NCBI GenBank assembly: GCA_027064085.1
Contig: JAMOQH010000141.1
Location: 2,259 to 66,258 of the forward strand
DNA: 64,000 nucleotides
Direction: 5' to 3'
Origin: a bacterium
GTDB lineage: Bacteria > UBP6 > JAFGXH01
The position numbers were made by a program, and so were the translations under genes. Below are positions 10,153 through 18,451 of this stretch, piece after piece; the first letter of the stretch is position 1, and each line of letters opens with the position of its first letter. The notes under the pieces are model-generated. The model ran no database searches, was not told the DNA's origin, and worked only from the letters and a program-made list of their open reading frames with translations.

Positions 10153-10201
10153 TATTTCTCCTAACTAATAATTAATAAATTCAGGATATGATTCAAGAAT
10201 T
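10052..10201. repeat. 150-bp direct repeat, copy A (partner 11416-11565)
   Basis: One mismatch in 150 bp by hand alignment. Covers the lipoprotein signal-peptide codons, its RBS, and the last ~12 codons of a 690-aa-gene homolog. Confidence 0.9.
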
Positions 10202-10310
10202 ATTCCTATCAGAATTTAAGATTTTAGTCAAGAAATTAAATAAAGAAAGTGTATTTTTTGTAAAAAACATTCAGTTAAATTATTGAGATTTGATTAAATT
10301 GTTTTACTAG

Positions 10311-11516
10311 TTAAAACTTTTTAACTGGCTCTTTAACTTTATAGCTTTCACCTCTAAATTGCTCAATACTATAATCATCTAAAAAGAATATTAACCCTGG
10401 AATAATTTCAATACTATTACTGTCTTTATTATAAAATGATTTGAAAATATATGGCATATCTGAATATAGCCATTGAACTTCTTCTGTTTTTTTATCATAA
10501 CGAACAAGATGAACCTCATCTAATGTATAATTGTACATAAACATGAATAAGTTATCCTTATTATCAGAAAAACCTCCATAAACTGCTTTATAGTTTACTG
10601 ATGGATTAATTGCTTTATAAGCTTTTATTGAAACTTCTTTAGTAAGCAATGTTTTTAAATCTATCTCAAGTACATTATCACTATCAACTTGAGATTCAGG
10701 AATTCTAGCATATAATAAATCAGTATCCATAAATGATATAGGTGACCAGCCACCATGAGCACTCATTCCAGAAAGGATCTCCTTTATACTGTCATCATTG
10801 GGATTAATTTCAAAAATATAAACATCTTCATCATCACCTTCGGTATAAATTTTACCATTTAAATTATAATGTAAGTAAGAAATAATAGAAGGAATACAAA
10901 TCAAACTTTCTTTATTATCTTTAGGATTATACACAGATACTTTAGTTCCTAAAACTTTAGGATAATCTTTATGAGTACAAGCTTTATTAGTAACAGAATA
11001 AACTTTTCCATTGTCAGCAATTGCCCCTATTTTAGCATTAGCGTAAGTTGCTGTAACTTGTTTTATCATACCAGTTTTAGGGTCTATCTCCATTAAACCA
11101 TATTTTTCATCATTATTGTAATCATCTAATTTATTATAGAAATAAAATTTCTTATTATAGCTATTTTTTAAAATAGGAGAATTAGGAGTAAATGGAAAGG
11201 ATATAGGCTTTATGTAGTGCTTATTCTTAAGCCCTACTACTCTTATTTCTCTGCCTTCATGGTTGTCATTATTATCATAATCTATATATTTATTAACAAA
11301 GAGATATGGTAATTGTATGTCATCAAATTTTTCTGATTGATAAGACCAATTAGGAGTAACAATAACTGTTTCGCACTTTTTAGTCTCCAGATTACATATT
11401 TCATCTATTTTACAATCTCTGTTGTCTTTACAAGCTTGCTCTTCAACTTTTTCGTGAGTACTAGAACAACTAATAAAAATTGTAAAAATAAAAATTGATA
11501 AAATTAAAAGTTTCAT
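10311..11516 (-). CDS. Lipoprotein of unknown function
   Basis: Signal peptide with lipobox (IFISC). 401 aa with no motif I recognise. Tyr/Asn/Asp-rich, beta-rich appearance. Confidence 0.6.
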   Translation of the reverse strand: MKLLILSIFIFTIFISCSSTHEKVEEQACKDNRDCKIDEICNLETKKCETVIVTPNWSYQSEKFDDIQLPYLFVNKYIDYDNNDNHEGREIRVVGLKNKHYIKPISFPFTPNSPILKNSYNKKFYFYNKLDDYNNDEKYGLMEIDPKTGMIKQVTATYANAKIGAIADNGKVYSVTNKACTHKDYPKVLGTKVSVYNPKDNKESLICIPSIISYLHYNLNGKIYTEGDDEDVYIFEINPNDDSIKEILSGMSAHGGWSPISFMDTDLLYARIPESQVDSDNVLEIDLKTLLTKEVSIKAYKAINPSVNYKAVYGGFSDNKDNLFMFMYNYTLDEVHLVRYDKKTEEVQWLYSDMPYIFKSFYNKDSNSIEIIPGLIFFLDDYSIEQFRGESYKVKEPVKKF

Positions 11517-11565
11517 TATTTCTCCTAACTAATAATTAATAAATTCAGGACATGATTCAAGAATT
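11416..11565. repeat. 150-bp direct repeat, copy B (partner 10052-10201)
   Basis: See copy A. Spans the 5' end of the 401-aa gene and the 3' end of the 690-aa gene. Confidence 0.9.
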
Positions 11566-13601
11566 TTCTTACCTAAGCGATAGCATCTTTTACACTCATC
11601 AGGCTCATAATTATTAAAGTCAGATGAATACCACATTAAATTATCTATCTTGACTTGATATGTAAAAGAATCATTTGTAAAATCCATATTTAAAATAGAA
11701 GTATTAATAGGCGCTGCTATTCTGTATTTACAAATATCTTCACTATCAAAATCAGTAACACATTCATTATGAAATTTTTTTGAAATATCTTTATATCCGA
11801 CATTGTCTTCTGTATAATAACAAGTTAAATCTTTTTGAAGTAACCATGGATTTAAATTTTCATTTAAAATTATGAATGCAATCACAGCTAAACACTTTTC
11901 AGTATATTGATTTGAATACTCAATATTCTTGCATTTAAGTAAATCAGGTATTGCAATTTCTCTCTCGTCAATAAGCTTATCTACATTTATCCAAGCTTCT
12001 TCATTATTATAAACATCTCTTGCAACATCTTTTACTGTTTCTCTAAAAACACCACATTGATAATAAGATCTATCATCAACATGCCTAATTATTTCTCTGG
12101 CTATATAATATTCTGTATCTAAGTCTAAAGAAATTCCAGCATATTTACATTTTCCAAGAAGCGAATTCTTTTCTTCTCTATAATCCCAATAATCTAATTC
12201 TATAGTCTTAGATGATTCTATAATATTATCAGGAGTAACAAAGCTTACTCCTGATAAATAAGAATCTAAATCAATTCCTGCTACAATTTTATATGCTTCC
12301 CAAGTAACTCTTGAACAATATGTATGCCCTGGAAGAAACATCCCATAGGGCATACCTTCCGTACTTTCTGCAAATGATACTACTGCTCTAATTTCATCAT
12401 CAGAAAGATATTGATACTCTGTTCCATCTAAAATATCTAAAATTCCAGCAGGTTCAACAACCCTACTTCTCACCATATCCCAAGGTTCTGGCTCATTAAA
12501 AAGTTTATATTCATCACTTCCAGGAACTTCATGCTTAATATATGTATATTGATATTTTGAGCGTTGTTCATATCCTGCACCTACAGGCTTTTTTCTGTCA
12601 GCAGAAAAAAATACTTGTTCTGTAGGGTCAATCTTATATCCTTCTTCTAAATTAACATAAGGATCTTTAACTGTTAATGTTGTATGATTATAATATCCTC
12701 TAAGCCACTCATCTAAATCTTTATACCATATTCCATCGTGGTCTAATTCTATACTTAATATATCACCTTTTTTAAAATGATTAAAAAAGTTTTGATTAGT
12801 AGTATAGCTTAATTCTTTTAAAGCTCTTTCGGGAAGTAAAAAAGAGCCTAGTTCTTGTTCTGTTCCAAATGAAGAAGCATAATTAATTAATATCTCATGT
12901 TCAAGTTCATATTCAGAAGAGCTTGAAATAATATTTTTTTCCATAAGTTCTAAATCTAAGTTTAGAACCCCCATATATTCTTCATATTTTATTAAATCTT
13001 TTTCTTTAAAATCTCTTTCCCATCTATTTTTAATAACAGAAATTGCTTTATTTTGAACATAAAGAAGCAAATCTTCATAAGTTTTAAAACCATAATCCCC
13101 AATATTAGTAAAAAAGCTATCCTTAACTTCTTTAAAATATTCTTTATAATCATTTATTGTATCTTTAGATTCAAAAATTATTTCTTGTAATTTACCTTTT
13201 TCAAGATTATTAAAGGTAATAATTTCATCTTGAGTTTTAATCACTTTAGATATAACAAACATTATACTTCTAAACTTATTAGACATTTTTTGTTTGAATA
13301 CTAATAATTTAATTGCTTTTAAATCATAAGCATATAATTCTTCAGAAGTATCAAAAATCAAATAATTATATGATAGATACTCAATATAATTATCCAAGTC
13401 ATTTATATTCATACCAACTTTGTTTAATAATTTAGTAAATTCAATAGTATTATCTTCTGAGATTTTATAGTAATCACTAAATTTTTCAACCGTTTTAAGG
13501 GGTGAGGCAATTTTAAAATTTAACTCATCAAACTGTTCTTTAGTCATTCCCCAAATAGGTATTGCCATAAATAATACCACTAAAATTAAAATATTCTTCA
13601 T
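11529..13601 (-). CDS. Secreted 690-aa protein; central region resembles a permuted papain-fold (YiiX/C92, NlpC-P60 superfamily) hydrolase
   Basis: Signal peptide MKNILILVVLFMAIPIWG. KKGDILSIELDHDG...YYNHTTLTV, followed about 130 aa later by GHTYCSRVTWEAYKI. This is the His-before-Cys order and the yCSxlvweay-like catalytic Cys context of the permuted family. The functional call is tentative. Confidence 0.5.
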   Translation of the reverse strand: MKNILILVVLFMAIPIWGMTKEQFDELNFKIASPLKTVEKFSDYYKISEDNTIEFTKLLNKVGMNINDLDNYIEYLSYNYLIFDTSEELYAYDLKAIKLLVFKQKMSNKFRSIMFVISKVIKTQDEIITFNNLEKGKLQEIIFESKDTINDYKEYFKEVKDSFFTNIGDYGFKTYEDLLLYVQNKAISVIKNRWERDFKEKDLIKYEEYMGVLNLDLELMEKNIISSSSEYELEHEILINYASSFGTEQELGSFLLPERALKELSYTTNQNFFNHFKKGDILSIELDHDGIWYKDLDEWLRGYYNHTTLTVKDPYVNLEEGYKIDPTEQVFFSADRKKPVGAGYEQRSKYQYTYIKHEVPGSDEYKLFNEPEPWDMVRSRVVEPAGILDILDGTEYQYLSDDEIRAVVSFAESTEGMPYGMFLPGHTYCSRVTWEAYKIVAGIDLDSYLSGVSFVTPDNIIESSKTIELDYWDYREEKNSLLGKCKYAGISLDLDTEYYIAREIIRHVDDRSYYQCGVFRETVKDVARDVYNNEEAWINVDKLIDEREIAIPDLLKCKNIEYSNQYTEKCLAVIAFIILNENLNPWLLQKDLTCYYTEDNVGYKDISKKFHNECVTDFDSEDICKYRIAAPINTSILNMDFTNDSFTYQVKIDNLMWYSSDFNNYEPDECKRCYRLGKKILESCPEFINY

Positions 13602-13715
13602 TTTTTCCTTTTTTATAAATAATAATTAAAAATTTAAATCTTTCTATCGTTTTTAAAATATTATTCATAATCAGGAGACCTCTTCCTTAAAGAAATAAAA
13701 ACAAGCTTTTTACGC

Positions 13716-13809
13716 CTTGTTTCTTGTTTCTTGTTTCTTGTTTCTTGTTTCTTGTTTCTTGTTTCTTGTTTCTTGTTTCTTGTTTCTTGTTTCTTGTTTC
13801 TTGTTTCTT
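13716..13809. repeat. Perfect heptanucleotide tandem repeat (CTTGTTT)x13 plus a partial unit
   Basis: Read directly. Units start at 13716 and recur every 7 nt to 13806, then a partial ctt. Intergenic, 115-208 nt upstream of the 690-aa gene start and 260-353 nt upstream of flgL. Confidence 0.95.
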
Positions 13810-14017
13810 CAAAATATTCTCTCTACTAATAAAAAACTTTATCAGAATTTCAGATTTTAGTCAAGAAGTTTTACAAAAATATTTTTATCAATAAAATCAA
13901 TACATTACAGTAAATTAGCCCTAGTGAAACTATAGAGTTTTAACAGACTGATTTTACATTATATTATGATATGAAACCATATAAATCCCCATAATAATTA
14001 CCATAAAATCACATTAT

Positions 14018-14044
14018 TTAAGTAATTTACATTATAGACGATTA
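14018..14044 (+). promoter_or_regulatory. Candidate sigma-28 (FliA)-type promoter of flgL
   Basis: TTAAGTAA-N11-GACGATTA compared with the remembered consensus TAAAGTTT-N11-GCCGATAA (5/8 and 6/8). It ends 25 nt before the flgL ATG and is retained in the duplicated remnant at ~9650-9676. Confidence 0.35.
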
Positions 14045-14068
14045 AATTATTACTGATGAGAGGTAATT

Positions 14069-14956
14069 ATGAGAATATCACAGCAAATGTTAATTGGAAA
14101 TTTAACTAACAGGATCTACAACACCCAAGATAGCTATTTATCTTCACAAGAGAAGCTCTCTACAGGGAAAAAGGTAAATAGAGCATCTGATGCTCCTATT
14201 TCTGCTGAAAAAATTATGGAAATAACAACAAAAGATTCTGATTATGAACAACTTAACGAAAACATAAGATACACCAAGGATTTACTTGACTCAAGTGAAG
14301 CTCAAGTTTCAAGGGGTATTACTGTATTACAATCTATGAGAGAGCTTGCAACAAGAATGGCAAATGATACAGTTAGTGAACAAGATAGAACAGATGCAAT
14401 TAGTGCAGTTAATCAAGCATTAGAAGAAATGCTTAGTATTGCAAATTCTAAACATAATGGAAGATATCTATTTTCAGGAACTACAGATAACATAGAACCT
14501 TTTGACCCAACTAATTATCAATATAATGGAAATAATGATATTAGAGAAGTAGACATTTATGATAATTTGCGAATAGACCAAAATATGCCAGGAAGTGATA
14601 TTTTTACTAATACCAATAATGGAACGGTAAATATTTTTAAATCTTTAACTGATTTTAGAACAGCATTACAAAATAATGATGGTGATAATATACAACATGC
14701 TTTAACCACTCTTGAAGATTCAAGAGAACAACTATCAAAAGCAAGAACAATAATAGGCCACAGTAATAATAAATTAGAAGTAACTATAGAAGTATTGGCT
14801 GTAAATCAATCAATTAATTCAACAGCAAGAGCAGATTTAGAAGATGTGGATATCGCAAAAGAAACAACTAACTTATCTAAATATCAACAAATACTAGAAG
14901 CTAACTATGCTCTAGTTAGTAAAACACAAGGGCTAAGTTTATTAAAATATTTATAA
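14069..14956 (+). CDS. flgL: Flagellar hook-associated protein 3 (hook-filament junction protein)
   Basis: N-terminus MRISQQMLIGNLTNRIYNTQDSYLSSQEKLSTGKKVNRASDAPISA and flagellin-type C-terminal helix (...ANYALVSKTQGLSLLKYL). 295 aa. Confidence 0.8.
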   Translation: MRISQQMLIGNLTNRIYNTQDSYLSSQEKLSTGKKVNRASDAPISAEKIMEITTKDSDYEQLNENIRYTKDLLDSSEAQVSRGITVLQSMRELATRMANDTVSEQDRTDAISAVNQALEEMLSIANSKHNGRYLFSGTTDNIEPFDPTNYQYNGNNDIREVDIYDNLRIDQNMPGSDIFTNTNNGTVNIFKSLTDFRTALQNNDGDNIQHALTTLEDSREQLSKARTIIGHSNNKLEVTIEVLAVNQSINSTARADLEDVDIAKETTNLSKYQQILEANYALVSKTQGLSLLKYL

Positions 14957-15184
14957 CTAATCCCCAATTCCATCACTTTCTTCAAAACCTTCAACAATCA
15001 TTTCATCATGTGTCCATGCTCTTTCTAGACAATGTAAGCAATAAAAAACGCCCTCATTATGATCATCTTCAACTAAGTCCTTTTCTGCACCACAAGTTAC
15101 ACAATATAACTCACCATCATCATTATTAACAACTTTAGCTCTAAAATATGCCATTTTTTTCTTTAAATATTCTAATTCACTCAT
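14957..15184 (-). CDS. Small acidic zinc-ribbon protein
   Basis: 75 aa with CVTCG...CLHC. It follows hslU on the same strand after 9 nt, and its stop abuts the flgL stop with no intergenic base. Confidence 0.5.
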   Translation of the reverse strand: MSELEYLKKKMAYFRAKVVNNDDGELYCVTCGAEKDLVEDDHNEGVFYCLHCLERAWTHDEMIVEGFEESDGIGD

Positions 15185-15193
15185 TTTATATCC

Positions 15194-16564
15194 CTATAGC
15201 ACATATTTAGATAAATCTTGGTCTTCTACTATATCATTTAAATATTTTTTAACATATTTTGCATCAATAACCACCTCATCATCTTTTAACTCTGGTGCAT
15301 TAAACGATAAATCCTCAAGAAGTTTTTCTAAAATTGTATGTAATCTTCTTGCTCCAATATTTTCCATTTTAGTGTTTACCTTAAAGGCAATACTACTAAC
15401 TTCTTTTATTGCTCCATCAGTAAATCTTAAATTAATATTTTCTGTTTTTAACATAGCTGTATATTGTTTAATTAATGAATTTTTAGGCTCTTTAAGTATT
15501 TTTACAAAATCTTCACTATTTAAACTATTTAATTCAACTCTAATAGGAAACCTACCTTGTAATTCAGGTATTAAATCAGATGGTTTTGACATGTGAAATG
15601 CTCCTGCTGCAATAAATAGGATATGGTCTGTTTTAACCATTCCGTATTTAGTGTTAACGGTTGAGCCTTCTACTATAGGTAAAATATCCCTTTGAACACC
15701 ATCCCTTGAAACATTAGGTCCATGGCCACCTCCCGCTGATGCGATTTTGTCTATTTCATCAAGAAAGATGATACCATTGTTTTCAACTCTGTATCTAGCT
15801 TCCTTTTTTACAGACTCCATATCAACCATTTTATTTGACTCTTCTTTTGTTAAAACATTGAGTGCATCTTTAACTTTCATTGTTTTATTTTTTTTATTTT
15901 TAGGGAGCATATTTCCTATCATTTCACCAATATTTAATCCCATTTCATCCATCATATTATCAGCACCTTGTGGCCCCATAATATTCATCATTGGCATAGC
16001 TTGAATTTCTATAGTAATGGTAACATCTTTATCATCATGTTTACCATCTAATATCTCATCAACCAACTTCTTTCTAGTTTTTCTTGGTTTATCTTCAGGT
16101 ACAACATAAAAACTATCTGATGGAGGAGTGTCATCATCATTATTTTCTTTTCTTAGCAAATTTGCAACCTTTGCAGCAGCAGCTCTTTTTGCTTGTTCTT
16201 GAATTTCTTCCTGTTTTTCTTTTTTTACCATGGTAACAGCAATTTCCATTAAATCCCTAATCATGCTTTCAACATCTCTACCAACATACCCAACTTCAGT
16301 AAATTTTGATGCTTCTACTTTAAAAAAGGGTGCATTTGCAAGTTTAGCTAATCTTCTTGCTATTTCAGTTTTACCAACTCCTGTTGGCCCCATCATAATA
16401 ATATTTTTAGGAATAATATCTTCTTGTAGTTCTAAAGATAATTGTAATCTTCTCCAACGGTTTCTTAATGCAACAGCAACTGCTTTTTTAGCTTCAACTT
16501 GTCCGACTATATATTTATTTAATACTTCAACTATTTCTTTTGGTGTTTGTGATTTTGTAGTCAT
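15194..16564 (-). CDS. hslU: ATP-dependent protease ATPase subunit HslU
   Basis: PKNIIMMGPTGVGKTEIARRLA Walker A, IIFLDEIDKI Walker B, I-domain insertion, C-terminal GARRLHTILEKLLEDLSF. Confidence 0.95.
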   Translation of the reverse strand: MTTKSQTPKEIVEVLNKYIVGQVEAKKAVAVALRNRWRRLQLSLELQEDIIPKNIIMMGPTGVGKTEIARRLAKLANAPFFKVEASKFTEVGYVGRDVESMIRDLMEIAVTMVKKEKQEEIQEQAKRAAAAKVANLLRKENNDDDTPPSDSFYVVPEDKPRKTRKKLVDEILDGKHDDKDVTITIEIQAMPMMNIMGPQGADNMMDEMGLNIGEMIGNMLPKNKKNKTMKVKDALNVLTKEESNKMVDMESVKKEARYRVENNGIIFLDEIDKIASAGGGHGPNVSRDGVQRDILPIVEGSTVNTKYGMVKTDHILFIAAGAFHMSKPSDLIPELQGRFPIRVELNSLNSEDFVKILKEPKNSLIKQYTAMLKTENINLRFTDGAIKEVSSIAFKVNTKMENIGARRLHTILEKLLEDLSFNAPELKDDEVVIDAKYVKKYLNDIVEDQDLSKYVL

Positions 16565-16567
16565 AAT

Positions 16568-17104
16568 TTACTCTCCTAATTCTTGAAAAATGAAATTACT
16601 ATTTGTGTAAATGCAGATTTCAGATGCTATTTCCAGCGATTTTTTTGCAATTTCTTTTGCTGTTAAATTTTTAGCATTTTCAGATAATGCTCTTGCTGCA
16701 CTATAAGCATACATTCCACCACTACCTATTGCTATTACATCATAATCGGGTTTTACAACATCTCCTGTTCCTGATAACAAGTAAATATCCTTTTCATCGG
16801 CAACTATTAACATTGCTTCTAATTTTCTTAAATACTTATCTGTTCGCCATGCTTTTGCTAGTTCAACTGCAGACCTTAATAATTGACCATCAAATTTATT
16901 TAACTGATCTTCTAGCCTTTCAAAAAGAGTAAATGCATCTGCTGTACTTCCTGCGAATCCAACTATTATTTTATCATGATACATAGTTTTTACTTTATTA
17001 GCATGAGCTTTCATCACTGTATGGCCAAATGTTACCTGTCCATCTCCTCCGATAACAACTTTGTTATCTTTCTTTACTGCTATAATTGTAGTTCCTTTGA
17101 ACAT
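16568..17104 (-). CDS. hslV: ATP-dependent protease subunit HslV
   Basis: [11 protein letters not shown] with the N-terminal Thr nucleophile after Met removal/processing, and [14 protein letters not shown]. 178 aa. Confidence 0.95.
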   Translation of the reverse strand: MFKGTTIIAVKKDNKVVIGGDGQVTFGHTVMKAHANKVKTMYHDKIIVGFAGSTADAFTLFERLEDQLNKFDGQLLRSAVELAKAWRTDKYLRKLEAMLIVADEKDIYLLSGTGDVVKPDYDVIAIGSGGMYAYSAARALSENAKNLTAKEIAKKSLEIASEICIYTNSNFIFQELGE

Positions 17105-17229
17105 ATTTTACCTCTCAATCCTAAACAAGTCTAAGATAATAACTTTTTTTAAATTGTCAAATTTTATATTTAAAAAGAAATGCAATTTATTGCAGTTACT
17201 TTTTAGTAATTTAGACAACTCAGGCTAAA

Positions 17230-17994
17230 TTACCCTCTTAAATTAATCATAATATCTCTTATATGAGTATCTAAATTTAAAAGCATTATTCTTGCTGTTC
17301 CATCTATAATTAAAATAAAAACTATCAAACTTATTAAAATGTTTACAGAAAAACTTAGTGAGAAAATATTCATCTTAGGAGCAACTTTTGTCATAATCCC
17401 CAAAGCAATATAAGTTGCTAAAACGGTAATAATAGAGGGGGCTGAAATTCTTATTGCAATAGTAAACATAGTAATAAACATCTTTATAAAAAAATCAAAA
17501 CTACTTAAAACACCTATAGGCATATTAACAGGAATAACATAATAACTATCCAATAAAACCTGCAAAACTATTAAGTGACCACCTATAGAAAGAAAAATAA
17601 GCATTAGTAGAGTATTCAAAAAATTGGCTATTACATTTGTTTGACTTTGTGCTAAAGGATTATATAATCTTGCCATAGCAAAGCCACCTTGCTGACCGAT
17701 TATTTCCCCTGCTCCACTAAGCATAATAAAAATTAATTTAATCCCCCAGCCTAAAAAAAGTCCAAAAATAAATTCTTTTATTGCAATAAACAATACAGAT
17801 AATTCACCTGTAAATTGAATAGGTGGAATATAAAATATTACTATAAATGATATAGCAAGAGTTAGAAGTATTTTTATTTGATTAGGAATATTCATTAATG
17901 AAAAATATGGAGCAGTAAGAAAAAAACCTCCTATTCTAAATAGAATAACTAAAAATAGAAACAAATAATCATCAACAAGAAAATATGTATTCAT
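17230..17994 (-). CDS. fliR: Flagellar export apparatus protein FliR
   Basis: 254-aa polytopic membrane protein immediately after fliQ (1-nt overlap). Typical FliR hydrophobic pattern (FLVILFRIGGFFLTAPYFS...). Confidence 0.85.
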   Translation of the reverse strand: MNTYFLVDDYLFLFLVILFRIGGFFLTAPYFSLMNIPNQIKILLTLAISFIVIFYIPPIQFTGELSVLFIAIKEFIFGLFLGWGIKLIFIMLSGAGEIIGQQGGFAMARLYNPLAQSQTNVIANFLNTLLMLIFLSIGGHLIVLQVLLDSYYVIPVNMPIGVLSSFDFFIKMFITMFTIAIRISAPSIITVLATYIALGIMTKVAPKMNIFSLSFSVNILISLIVFILIIDGTARIMLLNLDTHIRDIMINLRG

Positions 17995-18260
17995 TATTTA
18001 ACTAATAATAATTCTGTAAAAACATGATTTGCAAAATGCATTAATTTATCAAGCATCCAAGGCCCAAGTAAATATAAAACTGCAGCAGCAGAAACAATTT
18101 TGGGAACAAAAGTAAGAGTCATTTCTTGTATTTGTGTAATCGCTTGAAATATAGAAATCATAACACCAACTACAAGAGCCGTTAGTAAAATAGGAAGCCC
18201 AATAAAAGCTGCCAATCTAATTGCTTCATTCATTAAGTTTATTACAAAATCACTGTTCAT
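17994..18260 (-). CDS. fliQ: Flagellar export apparatus protein FliQ
   Basis: Two-TM protein with ...LLTALVVGVMISIFQAITQIQEMTLTFVPKI... I prefer the internal ATG (MNSDF..., 88 aa) preceded by GGAGAAG over the longer track ORF start at 18278. Confidence 0.85.
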   Translation of the reverse strand: MNSDFVINLMNEAIRLAAFIGLPILLTALVVGVMISIFQAITQIQEMTLTFVPKIVSAAAVLYLLGPWMLDKLMHFANHVFTELLLVK

Positions 18261-18451
18261 AACTTCTCCAAAGTTCAATGTAATAATCTAAAGCAATAAA
18301 AATTCCTTATTTTTAGTTTTCTCCATTGGCATGTTTAGGAATATTTATAGAGTTTATGTATTTAACATTAACCATGTAATTATAAATTTTAAACTATAGG
18401 TTAAAATTTCCATGTAAGAACAGCTTGTAGCTGGTATGAAATGGTCAAAAA

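Noticed and set aside
13716-13809. Considered whether the tandem repeat is a CRISPR array or minisatellite-encoded peptide
   Set aside because: Units are 7 nt with no spacers, so this is not a CRISPR array. The tract is intergenic and not in any long ORF. It is treated as a simple-sequence contingency repeat instead.
15372-16586. Three plus-strand ORFs (74, 85 and 118 aa) opposite hslU
   Set aside because: These are shadow ORFs of a highly conserved gene. They have no RBS or motif and show hydrophobic low-complexity translations.
17171-17194. Possible terminator hairpin tgcaat-tt-attgca plus T-run between fliR and hslV
   Set aside because: The stem is only 5-6 AT-rich base pairs with a 2-4-nt loop. 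That is too weak to call without Term-seq or folding-energy calculation.
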